A stretch of 64,000 nucleotides of DNA, taken from contig NC_134031.1 of the NCBI RefSeq assembly GCF_964204645.1, forward strand, positions 10,914,088-10,978,087, given 5' to 3'. Below are positions 49,971 through 64,000 of the stretch, piece by piece. Source of the stretch: Tubulanus polymorphus (lineage: Eukaryota > Animalia > Nemertea). A program made the translations under genes and the position numbers. Each line of letters begins with the position of its first letter. Position 1 is the first letter of the stretch. The notes beneath the pieces were generated by a model that saw only the letters and a program-made list of their open reading frames with translations, searched no databases and was not told where the DNA came from.

Positions 49971-51129
49971 TATAATAGGCCTGCTATAGACATATAAATA
50001 CCGGTAGGCTTTCTTAGCTTCCACACTTCACAACCGAACCAACCGACCAACCAGTATATTCAGTCCCAGTAGGCACCAACCGGCGCAGGCCTAACACTGT
50101 TTGTCAACTGTGTGTACCGTAGTAGGCTATCGATAATCACCTGATACTTTTCTGTCATTTGTTTTCTCTCTGAGATGAATGTAAGTCTAGTAGCCTTCCG
50201 CGACTCAACGACCTTGATTTATACTTGATCAATTCCAAATCTGTTTATTGACGCTTTTGGTTACATGAACTGATCAGCAATATACTTAAATAAAATAACC
50301 GGAATAACAAGAAATCAAAAATATTAAAGAGGTAACAAACAAATGCCCGTAAACCTGTCAGACACGCGAACGCCGGACTCGTTAACTCTTGGACTCAGAC
50401 CCGCTGAGCAATAAATTCATAAAATTGACTTTGAAATTGATTGTTGAGAAGAGAGGGAATTATTCGATAGCTCTTCCTCGAAAAGAAGAGAGAAATATCG
50501 GAAAGAAAACACAACATGGCTACTAATTGAACGGAGCCAAATTTCCGATGTTTACGGCTCGACAGTGCCTTTATAACGTGGATTTATCAAAATTCCCATG
50601 CAGTATCTGGAGATTGAAGTGAGCTGAAGGATATCATACGGATTGTATCGGCGACAGCGGTAAGGTTAAGGAAGCCTTTACACTTTTAACAAAAACTATG
50701 AGGAAAAGGGAAAAAAAAAATAAATATAGCTGCAAAGCAGCGATAACGGGTTTTCTGCTGTCTTAGAATCCTGTTCATCGGAGGATTTCGACAAAGCATT
50801 TGATAAGGCACAACATCAGCCATTACTAACTAAACAGGCTATTAGGAAACAGTATCAATGATAGGTCGCCAAAATGGCTCAGCAGTTTTCTCTGAACGAA
50901 AACTTATAGCCAAAATCAACGGAACGCCTCATCTTGGAAAAAGTCGGTCTAACTAGTGGAGTCACGCTAGGTAGTATTCTAAGTGGTGTACTGTTTAATG
51001 TCCTGACAAATGACATACACAGTAATCCAAAATATACCGCAAATCAATTGTGACAAAGTATTGATGCGAATGACCTATTTAGTTCATCGACCATGTACCG
51101 AACACTATTATTGTGCCTCAGCAACAGAT

Positions 51130-51745
51130 ACAAGTCGCCATATCTATGTCGATATATCGCATCAAGTCGACATGGATATGTCGACATATCGTGACGTTTT
51201 CACGACAAATTTCGCTTTTTTGCTCATTTTCCACGGGACAAGCCGTCATTTGAAGACATGTCTAAATGTAAGATGAGGATGCCAGTAATATGACGACTGA
51301 GTTTCAAGTCGTCATGAATATGTCGACATGTCGTGAGGAAAATGGTCGGGAAAACGAAATATGTCGTCAAAACGTCACGATATAGCGACATATTCGTGTC
51401 GACTTGACGCGATATATCGCGGTATGTCGACATAAATATGACGACTTGTCGAGTTGGAACGCGACATCTCGAGGCCCCTTATCGCTTCCGTACAAAATGA
51501 CCTTAATATTCGACACTATATCTACGGAAGCGATAAGGGGCCTCGAGATGTCGCGTTCCAACTCGACAAGTCGCCATATTTATGTCGAAAAAAAAGCGAA
51601 AAGCGAAATTTGTCGTGAAAACGTCACGATATGTCGACATATTCATGTCGACTTGACGCGATATATCGCGATATATCGACATAGATATGGCGACTTGTCG
51701 AGTTTGAACGGGACAACTCGAGGCCCTTTATCACTTCCGTACTAT
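51130..51745. repeat. CpG-rich fold-back repeat cluster (MITE-like)
   Basis: Inverted units such as CTCGAGGCCCCTTATCGCTTCCGTA / TACGGAAGCGATAAGGGGCCTCGAG. Confidence 0.6.
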
Positions 51746-51830
51746 ATCAGATTAATCGACTTGTAAATAGGCGAAAGCATAAGTCTTTATTACGTTATTA
51801 ATCGGCCTAATTATTCAAAAGCTAATAAAG

Positions 51831-52330
51831 TGGGCGACAAAACCAAAAAAATTAATTGTCGCGGGCGATAAAACCAAAATAATCGATTGTCGCGGGCGAT
51901 AAAACCAAAATAATCAATTGTCGCTGGCGATAAAACCAAAATATTGAATTGTCGCGGGCGACAAAACCAAAAAAATAAATTGTCGCGGGCGATAAACCAA
52001 AATCTTGAATTGTCGCGGGCGACAAAACCAAACTAATGAATTGTCGCGGGCGATAAAACCAAAATAATGAATTGTCGCGGGCGATAAAACCAAAATAATG
52101 AATTGTCGCTGGCGATAAAACCAAAATAATGAATTGTCGCTGGCGATAAAACCAAAATATTGAATTGTCGCAGGCGATAAAACCGCGCCAAAAAAAAAAT
52201 TGTCGTGGGCGATAAAACCAAAATAATGAATTGTCGCGTGCGATAAAACCAATATAATGAATTGTCGTGGGCGACAAAACCAAAATATTGATTTGTCGCG
52301 GGTGACAAAATCAAATTAATGAATTGTCGC
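51831..52330. repeat. ~31-bp minisatellite
   Basis: About 15 units of AATTGTCGCGGGCGATAAAACCAAAATAATG. Confidence 0.92.
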
Positions 52331-54421
52331 GTTATTTTAGTTTTGTCGTTTTTTCATAATGTCGCCCTCATTTGCATATACGTGTTTTTTTTACGCATGG
52401 CCCTTATCAGCCACCATACTAAAGCCTTAAGGTCGCGTAAACTCGATAAACACTTCAAGCGACACAGCGAACGATCTCCTTTCCCCCACAGCAAACACTT
52501 AACCTAGTAGAGGCTACTAGCCTATGTATATGCGTAGGCCTAACATCCGGACAGATTGGTCGTAGGCCTATTGAATAACAACCCACCTAAATATCCTAAA
52601 TTTTGTTATGAAGTTCAATCCAATGAGTCCGTTAATAAACGCAACAATTATACTGTGTTTGTTTGAGACAGTAAAGCTCAGTACCGGTAGGCCTAAAGCC
52701 GCGTCAAACTCGATAAACACTTCAAGCGACACAGCGAACGATCCCTTTCCCCCACAGCGAACGCTTACTCCGAATGTCAAGTGTGAGTCCAGCATACGGA
52801 AAGGATTGTGTTATATACTTGTGTTTAGTAAATACCTTGTGCATTTGACAATGATCGGTATGTACTGTAGGAAATATAGAGTATTGATGGTATTGATATA
52901 GAGGTTGAAGCGGCCGAATAAAATAATATATTCTTTTATTTTGATACCTCGTCGACATAACAGCTTTTCTCCGCTATATCTCTTCGGCGTGTTTCCTTTA
53001 GGCCTACGACTCCCCGGTACACTTATGATTTATCTTAGTAAATACACGGTTAATTTGATAAAGAAAAATAGGTATTGCTAAATTAACTGCTTGACGCCCG
53101 CAGCCAAATCACTGGTAGTAATAAATTAATTTGTACTCGATTTGATTCTCATGATGAGGTGAAACTCGCAGCTGATCCACGGAACGACGATGTAGTGACA
53201 CACGTCGATTCGTCGATGTTTACGGCTCGACAGTGCTTTTAAAATCTCAAGTAGTAAATTTGCTGTATATCGGTAATGCGATTTGATGAGGAAAATGGGC
53301 TATTGTTAAAAGTAGTTTTTTAAAACCGCGACAGAATGTGCAATCTTTGGGTAATAAATTTGTTAATTTATGCTTGAATTGATAATTGATGTGACAAGAA
53401 ACGTGCGGTAGATTTCGGAAAGAGGACTTAGAAAAACATGTCGGCTCTTTGAATGGGGCTCAATTTTCGATGTTTACGGCCCGACAGTGCTTTTGTAACG
53501 ATGATTCTTCAAAATACGCACGGGGTATTTGTAGATCGAAGTGAGCTGAATGATATCAGACGGATTGTATCGACAACAGCGGCAAGGTAACAAAGCCTTT
53601 GTTATTTTAGTAAAAATAGTGTGGAAGAAAAAAATAATAATAATCACGCAGATATCAATAGGGTTTTCTGTGAAATAACTAAAAACCTTAATAATAATCA
53701 CGCGAATTTCTATAGGGTTTTCTGTGAAGAAACAGAAAACCCTAATAAAAATGATATAGAACCTAAGTTAAAATTCTGGCCATTTCTGAAATGTTATTAC
53801 TAATTTTTAGTCAGTGCGGAACGTTTAGTTTTCCAACAATAATGAGGGGTGGTAGGTAGTCATGCAATTCAGGTCATCATTTATTACACGTTATTTCCGT
53901 GAAAACCTCGCTAGTCCTAGACCAAACCCCAATGAACAATGTGATCTGTGTGCTGGCCACAAATGCACACAGATCACACTACACTACCCATTACACACTC
54001 AAGTACCCACAGCTTTCATATATCCATCCAAATATTTAGTGTCTTTCTTCCTGGATAAAATGTTGTACTTGGAGGTGTACTAAGATTTCATCAAAATAAG
54101 TTCATAATATCCGTTTTTTTAAGGACCACCTCCAAGCAGTCAACACATACTAAAGAAATGCTATGAAAATTCTTCGGCTCCATTCACTCAACAGGATAAC
54201 CTCATTTAATGCGCTAGGCAGTTGATGCATAGAAGAGAAAAATACCACTGCTAGGTTCACTACTGATATGTGCCATTCACAATATAGCCTCATTAAACAA
54301 ATGGATGATATGGGGTACTTTCAGTAGGATACAGTGTGAAAAAGAGGGAAAGCAGCAGAAACCCTGATAACAAAGGTACACTGATTCAAATGTTTTGAAT
54401 TTGTCCTTAACCAAGCTACAG

Positions 54422-54505
54422 TGCTGATGATACAGTAGGTGATTTGAAAAAATTAATTGCTGCACAGACTGGAACTCGACATGATAAAATTGTCTTGAAA
54501 AAATG
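54422..54505 (+). CDS. UBL5: UBL5 second coding exon
   Basis: (N)[27 protein letters not shown](W); U12 branch site TCCTTAAC at 54404-54411; GTAAGT donor. Later exons not found in the window. Confidence 0.95.
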
Positions 54506-55176
54506 GTAAGTTATGATATTATATGTATTATACAACATTGGGATAACATGTAACAGGGACTTCCTCCAATCTAATAAATATCCTTCAGTGTTGCCAGACT
54601 TTAAGAAATTTCCGAAGTTCCAGAAATCGAAACTTTCAAAAACAAATAATAAACGATTTTTACTGAAGTTGCTTTTGTTATCATTTATGACTGATAGTTT
54701 CGCAGCATACGGCTCCAGTAATGCTGAAAAAAAAACCACTCTCGTGGAGAGATGTTGCTATGACGTCATCACCTATTCATTAGCATAACAAAACAATGTA
54801 GGTGGTGCCACATTACAGGCTGTGAAAGCCGTTTTTCAGCATAACGAAAGCGTATGCTAGGTAAACTAATGCTGATAGATGAAAACGCAAACAAATTTAT
54901 GCAAATTCATTTCTGAATGCAAATTCCTTACTGAACAAATTGATGCATAATATTCACAGATAAATTGATTATAAATGAATTACGGACCATAATGTCACAC
55001 GGAGAGCATATGTGACGGATGGTAGTGATTTTTGTTTGCCAATTACTAAGCGATCCGAATCCAAGCACGCTACCAGACCTGCCAACTCTTACGGTTTCTC
55101 CTTATTTTCATAAGGCTGTGGGCTTTTGTGTATGGTGTTTCGGTCAACCTCTATTTAGTATATATTGAATAGAATA

Positions 55177-55945
55177 CGGGATATCGACAAATTCAAGTTC
55201 CGGAATTACTCGTTCTAGTTCATTTATAATAAAATTCTCTCGCTTCAAATTTTTAATGAGCGTTTTTTTTACTTACTATGTATTGTTATGATTGATCCTT
55301 CAAATATGATATCCTACAATTACGTTGGATACGATAAAACCTCACTGCAAAGGCTTGAAATCACTATAAATGCCTAAAATTATCAAGAAACATTTTGCAA
55401 CAGCGGACGATGTAAAGACTGGTTGCCAGGTATCACATGGTGGCAGCACTTGACGGCCCAATTTTGATTGTCGGTTCGAGTCCTGGTACTTTTCACATTT
55501 CTATTATGGATCTACGATTGTAGTCCATCTAAAATCAATTTTATTTCTTAATATTATTTCATATTTATCAGTGTAGCCAGCAATAAATTCACTTTAGAGT
55601 CTTGAACTCAACAACAAAGTGAGGACATCCGGCACCAGTGTTTACTTCCGTTCTGCCTCGAGCGTCACCGCTAAATTTTTGATTCTTGGTAATTTTTTTT
55701 GACATTTTTAGCGATCTTTAGCGTTTGAAGTGAGGTTTTATCGAATCCAATATATTGCCAGGACATCATACTTAAAGGATTATGCGTGATGACGTATAGT
55801 AAGTAAAATATCGCTAACTAAAAACTTGAAGCGCAAGATCTTTATTGGAAATGAACTAGATCATGGCGGATTCAGGTTCCAATATCCGGTTCTGACTAGC
55901 GCCATCAAACGAGTAATTCCAGAACTTGAATTTGTGGACATCCCG
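55177..55945. mobile_element. MITE with TA flanks (Tc1/mariner-like)
   Basis: TA-CGGGATATCGACAAATTCAAGTTC...GAACTTGAATTTGTGGACATCCCG-TA. Confidence 0.7.
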
Positions 55946-56221
55946 TATTCTGAGCTGCTAAAATAATTGACTCAATAGTTCATGGGTTCAAGAACGCTCT
56001 AAGTGCTCGGAAAACCCTTTTAATTTCTGAAATTATTGAAATTGTGTTACTTCTGACTAAATTCTAGGCCTTTTTTATATCCAGTGAATTGTTGTAACCG
56101 AGTTTGTGGCAATAGGGTTCCACTGTACTATGTTCGAACCAATCTTGGTCACTTATTAGCGAGGACTGTCTATTGCAATGGCTTTGAATTGCGATGGCTT
56201 TGAACTGTCTATTGCAATGGC

Positions 56222-57129
56222 TTTTTAGCCCACTTGGGACTTTAGTCCCAGTGGGCTGTTGCGTTCGCTTTTCGTCCTTCGTAGCGTCCGTCCGTAGACG
56301 GAATCCAGTTATTTTGGGAAGTTTTGAAGACGCTTCAAGGTAATGTCTTTATATTTGGTTTATACTGGTATCTACCCTAGACACATCTTCATCCCAAAAA
56401 CTGGCCCTGTCAAAATTAAGATGGTCGACTGGCAGCCATTGTTGTTCGTCAAAATCAGCACTTTTTACACTTTTTGAGGGAAATTTTGAAGACGCTTGAA
56501 TCAATTACCTTAATCTTTCATATATATTTGAATCCCCCAAGGGTTCATCACCATAAGAAAAATAGGGTCGATCGGACTCAAGATGGCCGTCCTATGACCT
56601 TTTTAGTGCCCAAAAATGTCAATTTTGGCCCAAATTCTGAGTCCTGTAGCTTCCTACTGGTTTGCCATTTCTCATTGCAATTTGTGATGGGTATTCTATG
56701 GAAAGGGTTGTTTTATACCTGAGCCAGGAGGTATCTTGGTATCATCGGTACTCATTGGTAGGTGGGAAAAAGTTTTTCCACATTATATTGATACCTAAGC
56801 ATATATTGTTACCACAATTAATTGCAAAATTGTAGCTCATGACATCATCTATGATTGTGGTGAGTTTTAAGGACATTAGTTATTCTATATGGTCATCAGG
56901 GGGCGTTGAATAGTAGAATAACTTAGTATTTCCTTATTAAATTGGTAACGAGACACATTTTGTTATCACAATCGATTACAAAATGCTGACATGTTCTATG
57001 ATTGTGGTGAGTTTCAAGGTCATTGGTTTTGTATATGGTCACCAGGGGGCGTTGAATATTGAAATTATTAGATTGTTGAGCATTGGAAACCACTTTCCAA
57101 GTGGGCATGGTGTCCGTGGACCCCTAGTT
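56222..57129 (+). mobile_element. HINE family A, short full-length copy
   Basis: Same ends as 38060-39797 but only about 2 satellite units. Confidence 0.82.
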
Positions 57130-58020
57130 TGTCTATGGCAATTGCTTTAAACTTCTGAAAGAAGTTAAATTTCAAACACGCATTTTCATCTTTAACTAGC
57201 GATCCTTCAAATCTTTGGACTAAAAATTTGCCCAAGGTCGATAACCTCGATAAATGAGCCGTGTTCATGCAATTTTCAAAATTAGCCAAAATAGCAGTCT
57301 TTTCGCTGCAAGTGGTTTTTATCCTGTAACATGTGCAAGCCTGTAAATGATTTTTTTGCGAGTACCTGCCACATTTCAGCCACCAACTATAATGCTGCCT
57401 GACATTAATGAGTTGGTGCCTGCCATTTACATTGCAGGCACCAACTGTATGGTGCCTGACATAAATGATTTTGGTGCCTGCCATTTAGCAAAGTACTACT
57501 GTTTTATAGAGAATTTCCTAATTACTAACTTTAAAAATATATGAAGAATTAATATTGGAACTTCAACATTAAAATTTACTTTCACAATACCATAAAATCT
57601 CTAACAGCAATCAGGATGAACCTTACCAACTATACCATAAAATAAATCTCTAATAGCAGCAAACAAAACCGGAACCAACAACAAGCGATAGAATACATTC
57701 ATGATTAAACTTACAGGGTGTCACTTGACTTTGACTGATTACAATATTTTGTTTCTTATATATTTACATGTGTGTACGATATATCGTGATCGGCTTATTG
57801 GGCGGATATGATCTGACATAAAAAATCACTTCCCGATCTATGCCACTCTAATGCTCTCAATGATCGTCAAAATCAAGAAAAGTGGTCGATATTTATTTGA
57901 GGTCATTATTTACTACCAATTATAATCTATTTTGAACTATTTTATTTTTACTTTGATTGTTTCATCACGGCACAGCGGCAATGGTATACATTTATATAAC
58001 GCGCGAGTTCATCGTACTAC

Positions 58021-58757
58021 GATAAGGTCGAAACACTTTTTTTCGTTCCTTACATAGGCCTCCCTTCGATTATATTTAGCAGAAAACTCAAGAGTCTATT
58101 CAAACAATATTACAACGTGGATATTCGTATTGTCTTTACTCCTTTCAAAATTAGGAACTACTTTTCACTCAAGTCCCATAGTCCTTCACCCTTGTTGGCC
58201 AATGTTATTTATAAATTTAAATGTTTCCGTGATGCAAATAACACATACATTGGTAAAACAATGCGACATTTGGCCACAAGGGTAAAGGAGCATGGAACTT
58301 CACCTTCAGCAATTAAGGAACATTTAACACCATGTATAAATTGTGCATCAAATTTTTCTTTAAAAAACAACTTTTCAATCGTTGATTCTGGAAAAAATGA
58401 CTTTGAAATCACCATCAAAGAGGCATTATATATAAAATCCAAAAAACCAAGTATTAACAAACAACTTTCCACACATGGTGTCTCATTTTTACCGAACGTA
58501 TTTTGATATGTGTATGATGCATTTGTACTTTGTAAACTAGGCCACTTCACGCCTGCATGATATTCTCTGTAATTAGTAACAGTATACTATACATAGTTTG
58601 TATCTTTTCATGTCATTTCTTGAAAAGGACTCGAAGAGATGAGTCGAAATCGATTGAAACGTTTGAACATGTAAATAAACTCATTATCATCATGAAGATT
58701 GTGATAGTTGCGTTCTTATTATTATTTAACTATCTGGACACTCTTCCGAAATTATAT
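58021..58757 (+). mobile_element. Penelope-like 3' fragment (GIY-YIG plus pLTR with hammerhead variant at 58616-58659)
   Basis: Near-identical to the reverse complement of 26760-27497. Confidence 0.9.
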
Positions 58758-60372
58758 CATTGTACTACCACGTGTCAGTTCATACGTATGCAAATCAGCA
58801 GTGAGCCGCGTACTGCGTCTATGGCTGTGTGTATAGTAATCAGCTGAGTGAGTCTATATATAGCACAGTCACTCGGCGATGATAGTATACACAGCACTCT
58901 CACACATCGGCGGGCGCTATTGTCAGCCTCTTAAATCATCAATTAAGACGAACTAATTGACAAATCAGTGAATTAAAATCTCTGATGAAGGGCCCCGGCT
59001 TATTGGGCGAAGCTTTATGAAATCCATGTATTTTAGGCTAAAAAACTGCCCTCGGCTTATTGGCCGAGTCGGCTTATTGGCCGGAAAATACGGTAGCGCG
59101 ATTTCACCGCAATAAGCAACGGAATTGATCAGAAGACAACTGGCGCGATTTATCGCAATAAACATCAGAATTAATTGATCAGTGATAGGAAACGGCGCTA
59201 TTTATTTTCATATCGGTTCAAAAAAGCTAAAACTATTAGAACCATGAAAATTTTCGTGCCGGTCAGCGTGACAGGCAGGAGCGATTTTGCAACGGACATC
59301 GTAGGGTTTTTAGCCGGCCAATGTCCGTGACCGGCCGCTTATTTACAGCCTCGATGTGCACGTCATTACATGTACATGTAAATGTCGACGCACCTTTGAT
59401 CCATTAATGAGTGTTTAACGGGCTCATCGGAAGAAAAGATTGGGGCCCAAGATTGGTTGGGTAGGCCCAGACATGATTATTTATGGTAAAATGGCACAGG
59501 TTCCACATGTGAAAGTGAAAATATTGAGGCAGCATATTTTCTCCATGTGTAAACCTTAGTGAAGTGTGTTAGAGAAATCCACCCCAAGTAAGCGCCGGGG
59601 CTAAATATCTTTTAATGTGCGCTGATTGGCTAAATAAACAAATATGTTGAAATCTAAAAAAGGGGCAGTGAATCTTGTTAATTGTTCATTTTATACAGTA
59701 AAAACTTCATTTTATTATCATACACAGTGTAGGCCTATGTTATGTTTATGGTGCGTCAAGTTGAAATTCGTTGGTTTCATATTTTTTGGGAAAGTTACCA
59801 AAAAGGTTAATAAATCTGATTTATTTGAGCACGGTTTTTTGTAGCATCTTTAACTGTCCAAAATGACACATGTGAAAATTCAATGATATTTGCTATCTCG
59901 TGCTATTCGCTATCTTTATCTCGTCAAAATCCGATGCTTTGTTCGGTGGTTATGGGCTTTCAAAGACAAAACCCCTCAAAATATCAGTTATTATGGACTT
60001 TCGCTTTAGCGAAGTCCATTTTGTTATCGCATATGAAACTTTCTTCCTTTGGTACAAAATAACTGTAATGCATGAGATGCTGAATGTCATCGAATGAGGA
60101 TGTACCACATTGGAACTAGCCATTACCTTCCAAAATATAATAGTCGTTCATGGGTTCAAGATCGCTCTAAGTGCTCGGAAAACGCTTTTAATTTCTAAAA
60201 TTCCGGATTTTTCAAGTCCGAGGTCATTTTTCTGAAAATCCTAAAAACGATGAGAAAATGTGAGGGGGTATGGCTTATTCGAAAGTTTGTTGGTACTGGT
60301 GGTCGTAAAAGGGCCACAGACCGGACAACATTTATTTTAGTTTTACGTTTAGATTCTAATACTGACGTTTAA

Positions 60373-62459
60373 CCCTTAGAAATCCACTACTGTATGGCAT
60401 ACGGTACAAATTGGCAAGCTAGCATACCCATACCGTATGTTATACGGTATCGCTTAACCCTTCTTCTAGAAGGGCATATCTATCAGTATCAGCCGGTGCT
60501 GCTATCTGCATAAAATCCAAGATGGCAAAAGCCAGGAAAAAACAATTTGGCTGGATGAAACGGTTCAGCAGCTTGTATATGATGCTGACAGTGATGCTGG
60601 TGACTTGGAATTTGGTAGTGAACAAATTGAGAGTGACAACGCATATGACAGCAGCAGTTCAGATGATGAGACTTAGTCAGAAAATAGGTTTATAGTTCCG
60701 GCCAGTGCTTCATCTAGCCAAAAATGGAGGGGCGATCCGCCCCGCCCCCGAAAATAGCAACCTTCAGATGTGTCCCATGCTCGCCCTTGTGCCCTCATCA
60801 CTTGCCGTAGGTCCGCCCTCGAGTCGTGCCCTCGGTCCGCCCTCGAGTCATGCCCTCATCACTTGCCGTAGGTCCGCCCTCGAGTCACGAGTAATGAGTC
60901 AGGGCTTTCAAAATAAGCTTTCGCACCCGACTGTTAGTAAGAATCGTGCGACGGCTATGAAATATCTCGTATGATATCAACGATAGTAGCTCATGTGATC
61001 AGTGGTTATATTTAAATGTACTGCAGTCAGTGTGCATCGTGTGAAAACGTGCCTCAGACGCGTGGCCTAGTTTTAGTTTCCAAGAAATTGGCTGCCTTCC
61101 AAACTACTGCCAATCATTCTAGCGACTGCCGTTGTAAAGCTGGTAGTGTATATTCGATGGATTGTTTCGTTTTGAACACATCGTGACGCTCTGGATCTTT
61201 TTATCTAGACTATTAGACAAATTTTATATACACAAGGTAAAAAACTTTTTTCAGTGAACTCACAGAGAGACTTGCAGAGACAGTTAGTTTGAGTGGCCTA
61301 ATAGCAATAATGTGTTCTTAAGCTGGCTGCCTACCAATTATCAACAGTCACTCGTCAATCACTAACACTATCAATTTAAATCAATCAATTTGATATTTCT
61401 AAGATTAAAAATATGCAATTTCATGTAGGCCTATTGCCTAAAAGCCAGCACTATTGCTGGCTTTTTTTCGCTGTATCATTTGCTTTTTGAGATTGCTGCC
61501 ATTTTTTGTCTGCAACTGGTTTTCCAAATAATTTTGAAAGCCCTATCTGATTATTTTGTTCATTGACAGGCATAGATGTAAGGATGTACTGTGTTCAAGT
61601 GTGTCACTCATGGCAAGAGTTAAACATAGTTTTTAGTCCTCAATTGTAGTAGGGGGTACCTCGATTCTATGCAATAGGGAACATTGCGGGTTGCCCCTAA
61701 AACGGACGTGAGTGCGTTATTATCTGCCCTTGCTCCAATGGAATCGCGCGGAAAAAATGCCCTTATTTGAAATCAGCACCCTGCCCTTTTTTAATGCTAG
61801 ATGAAGCACTGAAAATATGTCTCGTGATTCTCGGCAATGATTTTGATGATGAAAATGAAATCAGTGACAATTTTTTTAGACCCTGTTGATACAATTGTCA
61901 TGGCAACGGACACCAATAACAATAATGAAAAACCAGAAACTGTCCATCCTCAAGGTCACATATATCCAAATAATTTGTCTTATTAGTAAGCCCAATGGTT
62001 ATCAACACCATGGTATACAATGTATCAGTGTCAAATACATAGGTTACTATTTTCTGAGGCCTGAAATTATACCCCAATGAAACCCTTACATCCGGCCTTC
62101 CGACATATTGGTGGAGAAGTTGGTAAATGAGTGGAAAAATAAATTTTTTAATTGTTCTATTGCTTTGAAATTTTTACTACATAAAGTAAGGATATATGGC
62201 ATACAATTTCAGTTGGAATAGATCAGTGCATTTTGCTGGGAGACAGAGCAGTTTATCTGAAACTTTCTTGGATTATGTAACCTTGACCTCAAGTTCATTT
62301 ATATCTACATTGTTGGCCCAAAAGTTATCAACAACATGGTATATAAATTTTCTGTGTCGGATACCTTGGTAACTATTCTATGAAGTTTCAAATATACCCC
62401 AATAAACCCCTAAATTCCCTCCGGTACAGCAGCAGAGACACTATGTGGTATTGAAAGGG
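60373..62459 (+). mobile_element. piggyBac-like deletion derivative hosting the 60703-61811 element
   Basis: TTAA|CCCTT...AAGGG|TTAA; acidic N-terminal transposase-like remnant at ~60522-60675. Confidence 0.7.
60703..61811. mobile_element. Second copy of the 48291-49340 element
   Basis: High identity and same TIRs; no TSD visible. Confidence 0.82.
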
Positions 62460-63344
62460 TTAAACAGTGTATTAATTTCCTTCTCTTTCAATAATCGATC
62501 TTTGGGCGATAGCTGTGCACCTGTGTGACGTGACCTCATTTGTACGCGTAGGCTATTTATAGCGACCTCTTCTGCTTGAGATCCTGATTGTTAGTGAAAT
62601 ATGGATGTGCCGCATTGGAAATTGACATTACTTTTCAAAATATGGTGATCGTTCATGATGGGCTTAAGATCGCTCTGAGTGCTCGGAAAACGCTTTTAAT
62701 TTCAAATAATTTTCTAAATCCACCCCCCCCTTGCGTTTATTCATTTACTGCAGACGTTTCATTTACTGCTTAGCAACAGTACTACGCGAGGCGGGCGCCT
62801 GTTGGCAGTAGTGTCTCACACTGCACACACTACAGTGACAGTTATGAATACGCGCGGTTCATACAGTGAAATAAGTTGTTTTGAATGAAATAAACTTTAT
62901 CATAGATTTTCATTTAAATTATCATCGGTCCAATTATTATTAAAAAGACTTTGAAAGTGGTACGCATTGGTCTGTCAGAACGATCTGACGTATGACATAT
63001 TTGTTCCTGCCTACCACTGTCTGAGGCGTCCAGTCTCACCATATTGCCCATGGCAGTTGTTAGAGTAGTGGAATAAACAATTTAAATGTTTTCAAAAAAC
63101 TGTACCTTGAGAGCACAGGACCTTTGGTCCTCTAGTTTATAGAAACTGAAGCATAAACCACCCTTTTGTACTGGGGAATAAAATGATAGATGAATAAAGT
63201 GAGTAGAAACATGAATTATGAATTAGAAACATCAATACGTAAACATATTTGCTGCAACTGATTTCTGCTGCTATTTTGATGTGAAATTCAATAAATTACC
63301 AAGTTATTAATGATAGACTGGGACTTTTTTCCTACGTTACAAAT

Positions 63345-63460
63345 GGGACAATTTTTCCGGGGACATTTTTTCCAGGAATATTTTTTCCCTGGGACATTTT
63401 TCGGGGTCATATTTTCCGGGACATTTTTTTGGGGACATTTTTTCCTGGGACATCTTTACC
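63345..63460. repeat. GGGACATTTTTTCC minisatellite
   Basis: About 7 degenerate 13-15-bp units. Confidence 0.75.
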
Positions 63461-64000
63461 GTATACTGGGAAGGAGCGGCTTTACTTGGTGTACTACAGT
63501 ACGATGTTCTGATTGAAAAGGGTGACAAGTCTCCTGGGGATACGAGGTTTTGAAAGAAATAACAATAAAGGCCTGTCAGATAAGGTACATATACCATGTT
63601 TATTCAACATAGATTAGTATAAAAAGGATATTTTGAGCCCACGTGTCTGCAACAATTTGTTTTATGACAAAATTTGCAGACCCTATATACCTCGGAAATC
63701 GCATACCTCAGAAAAAATTTTGCAGTCCCAAGAATTCTGAGGTAACAAAGTGTGCCGTATTTCCAAATCGACTGGGAATTGACCAACATATACATAGCCT
63801 ACATGCTGCTGGATGCATAGCGGTCCTTGAAAGTCATGGAGACTATGAACCCTGTACATTTATATCTTAGGTGTATCCGACTTACGCTTATACTATAGCA
63901 ACTCGGTTTTCCTAAGTTGAAAGGGGAACGTAACTGACGGCAATTAACAACCAGACAACCGATGTAGAATATTCGATATAGCAGTTTTATTAGGCCAGCC

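Noticed and set aside
51852-52314. Three overlapping minus-strand ORFs
   Set aside because: They are translations of the 31-bp minisatellite.
54506-64000. Remaining UBL5 exons (YTIFKDH.., EIHDGMNLELYY)
   Set aside because: No matching sequence found by eye; probably beyond the window.

Overview
AT-rich animal (invertebrate-like) genomic window, mostly nested mobile DNA. (1) A complete 17.7-kb Polinton/Maverick-class endogenous virus (element 2, 6981-24657). It has 789-bp TIRs and a 6-bp TSD (TACATC), and encodes a type-B polymerase (pPolB family), rve integrase with chromodomain, A32-like packaging ATPase, major and minor capsid proteins, an HNH-like nuclease and a block of membrane proteins, with no recognisable adenain protease. 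Several genes carry nonsense or frameshift lesions. (2) The end of a related element 1 (1-4439) in opposite orientation. All three visible Polinton ends are ~200-bp imperfect hairpins. 14 of 16 element-2 genes start at TAAATG (poxvirus-late-like), and the TIR carries a CCAAT array, TATA box and splice donor. Both elements disrupt one Mutator-like (MULE-SWIM-PHD) gene; element 2 sits inside a Helentron-type non-autonomous element whose empty copy is at 42899-44082. (3) The rest holds Penelope-like retroelements with hammerhead ribozyme motifs, Harbinger, hAT-like (6-bp TSD) and piggyBac-like relics, MITEs, HINE-borne satellite arrays, and two coding exons of host UBL5 separated by a 12-kb U12-type intron. 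All homology calls come from motif recognition by eye; no searches were run.
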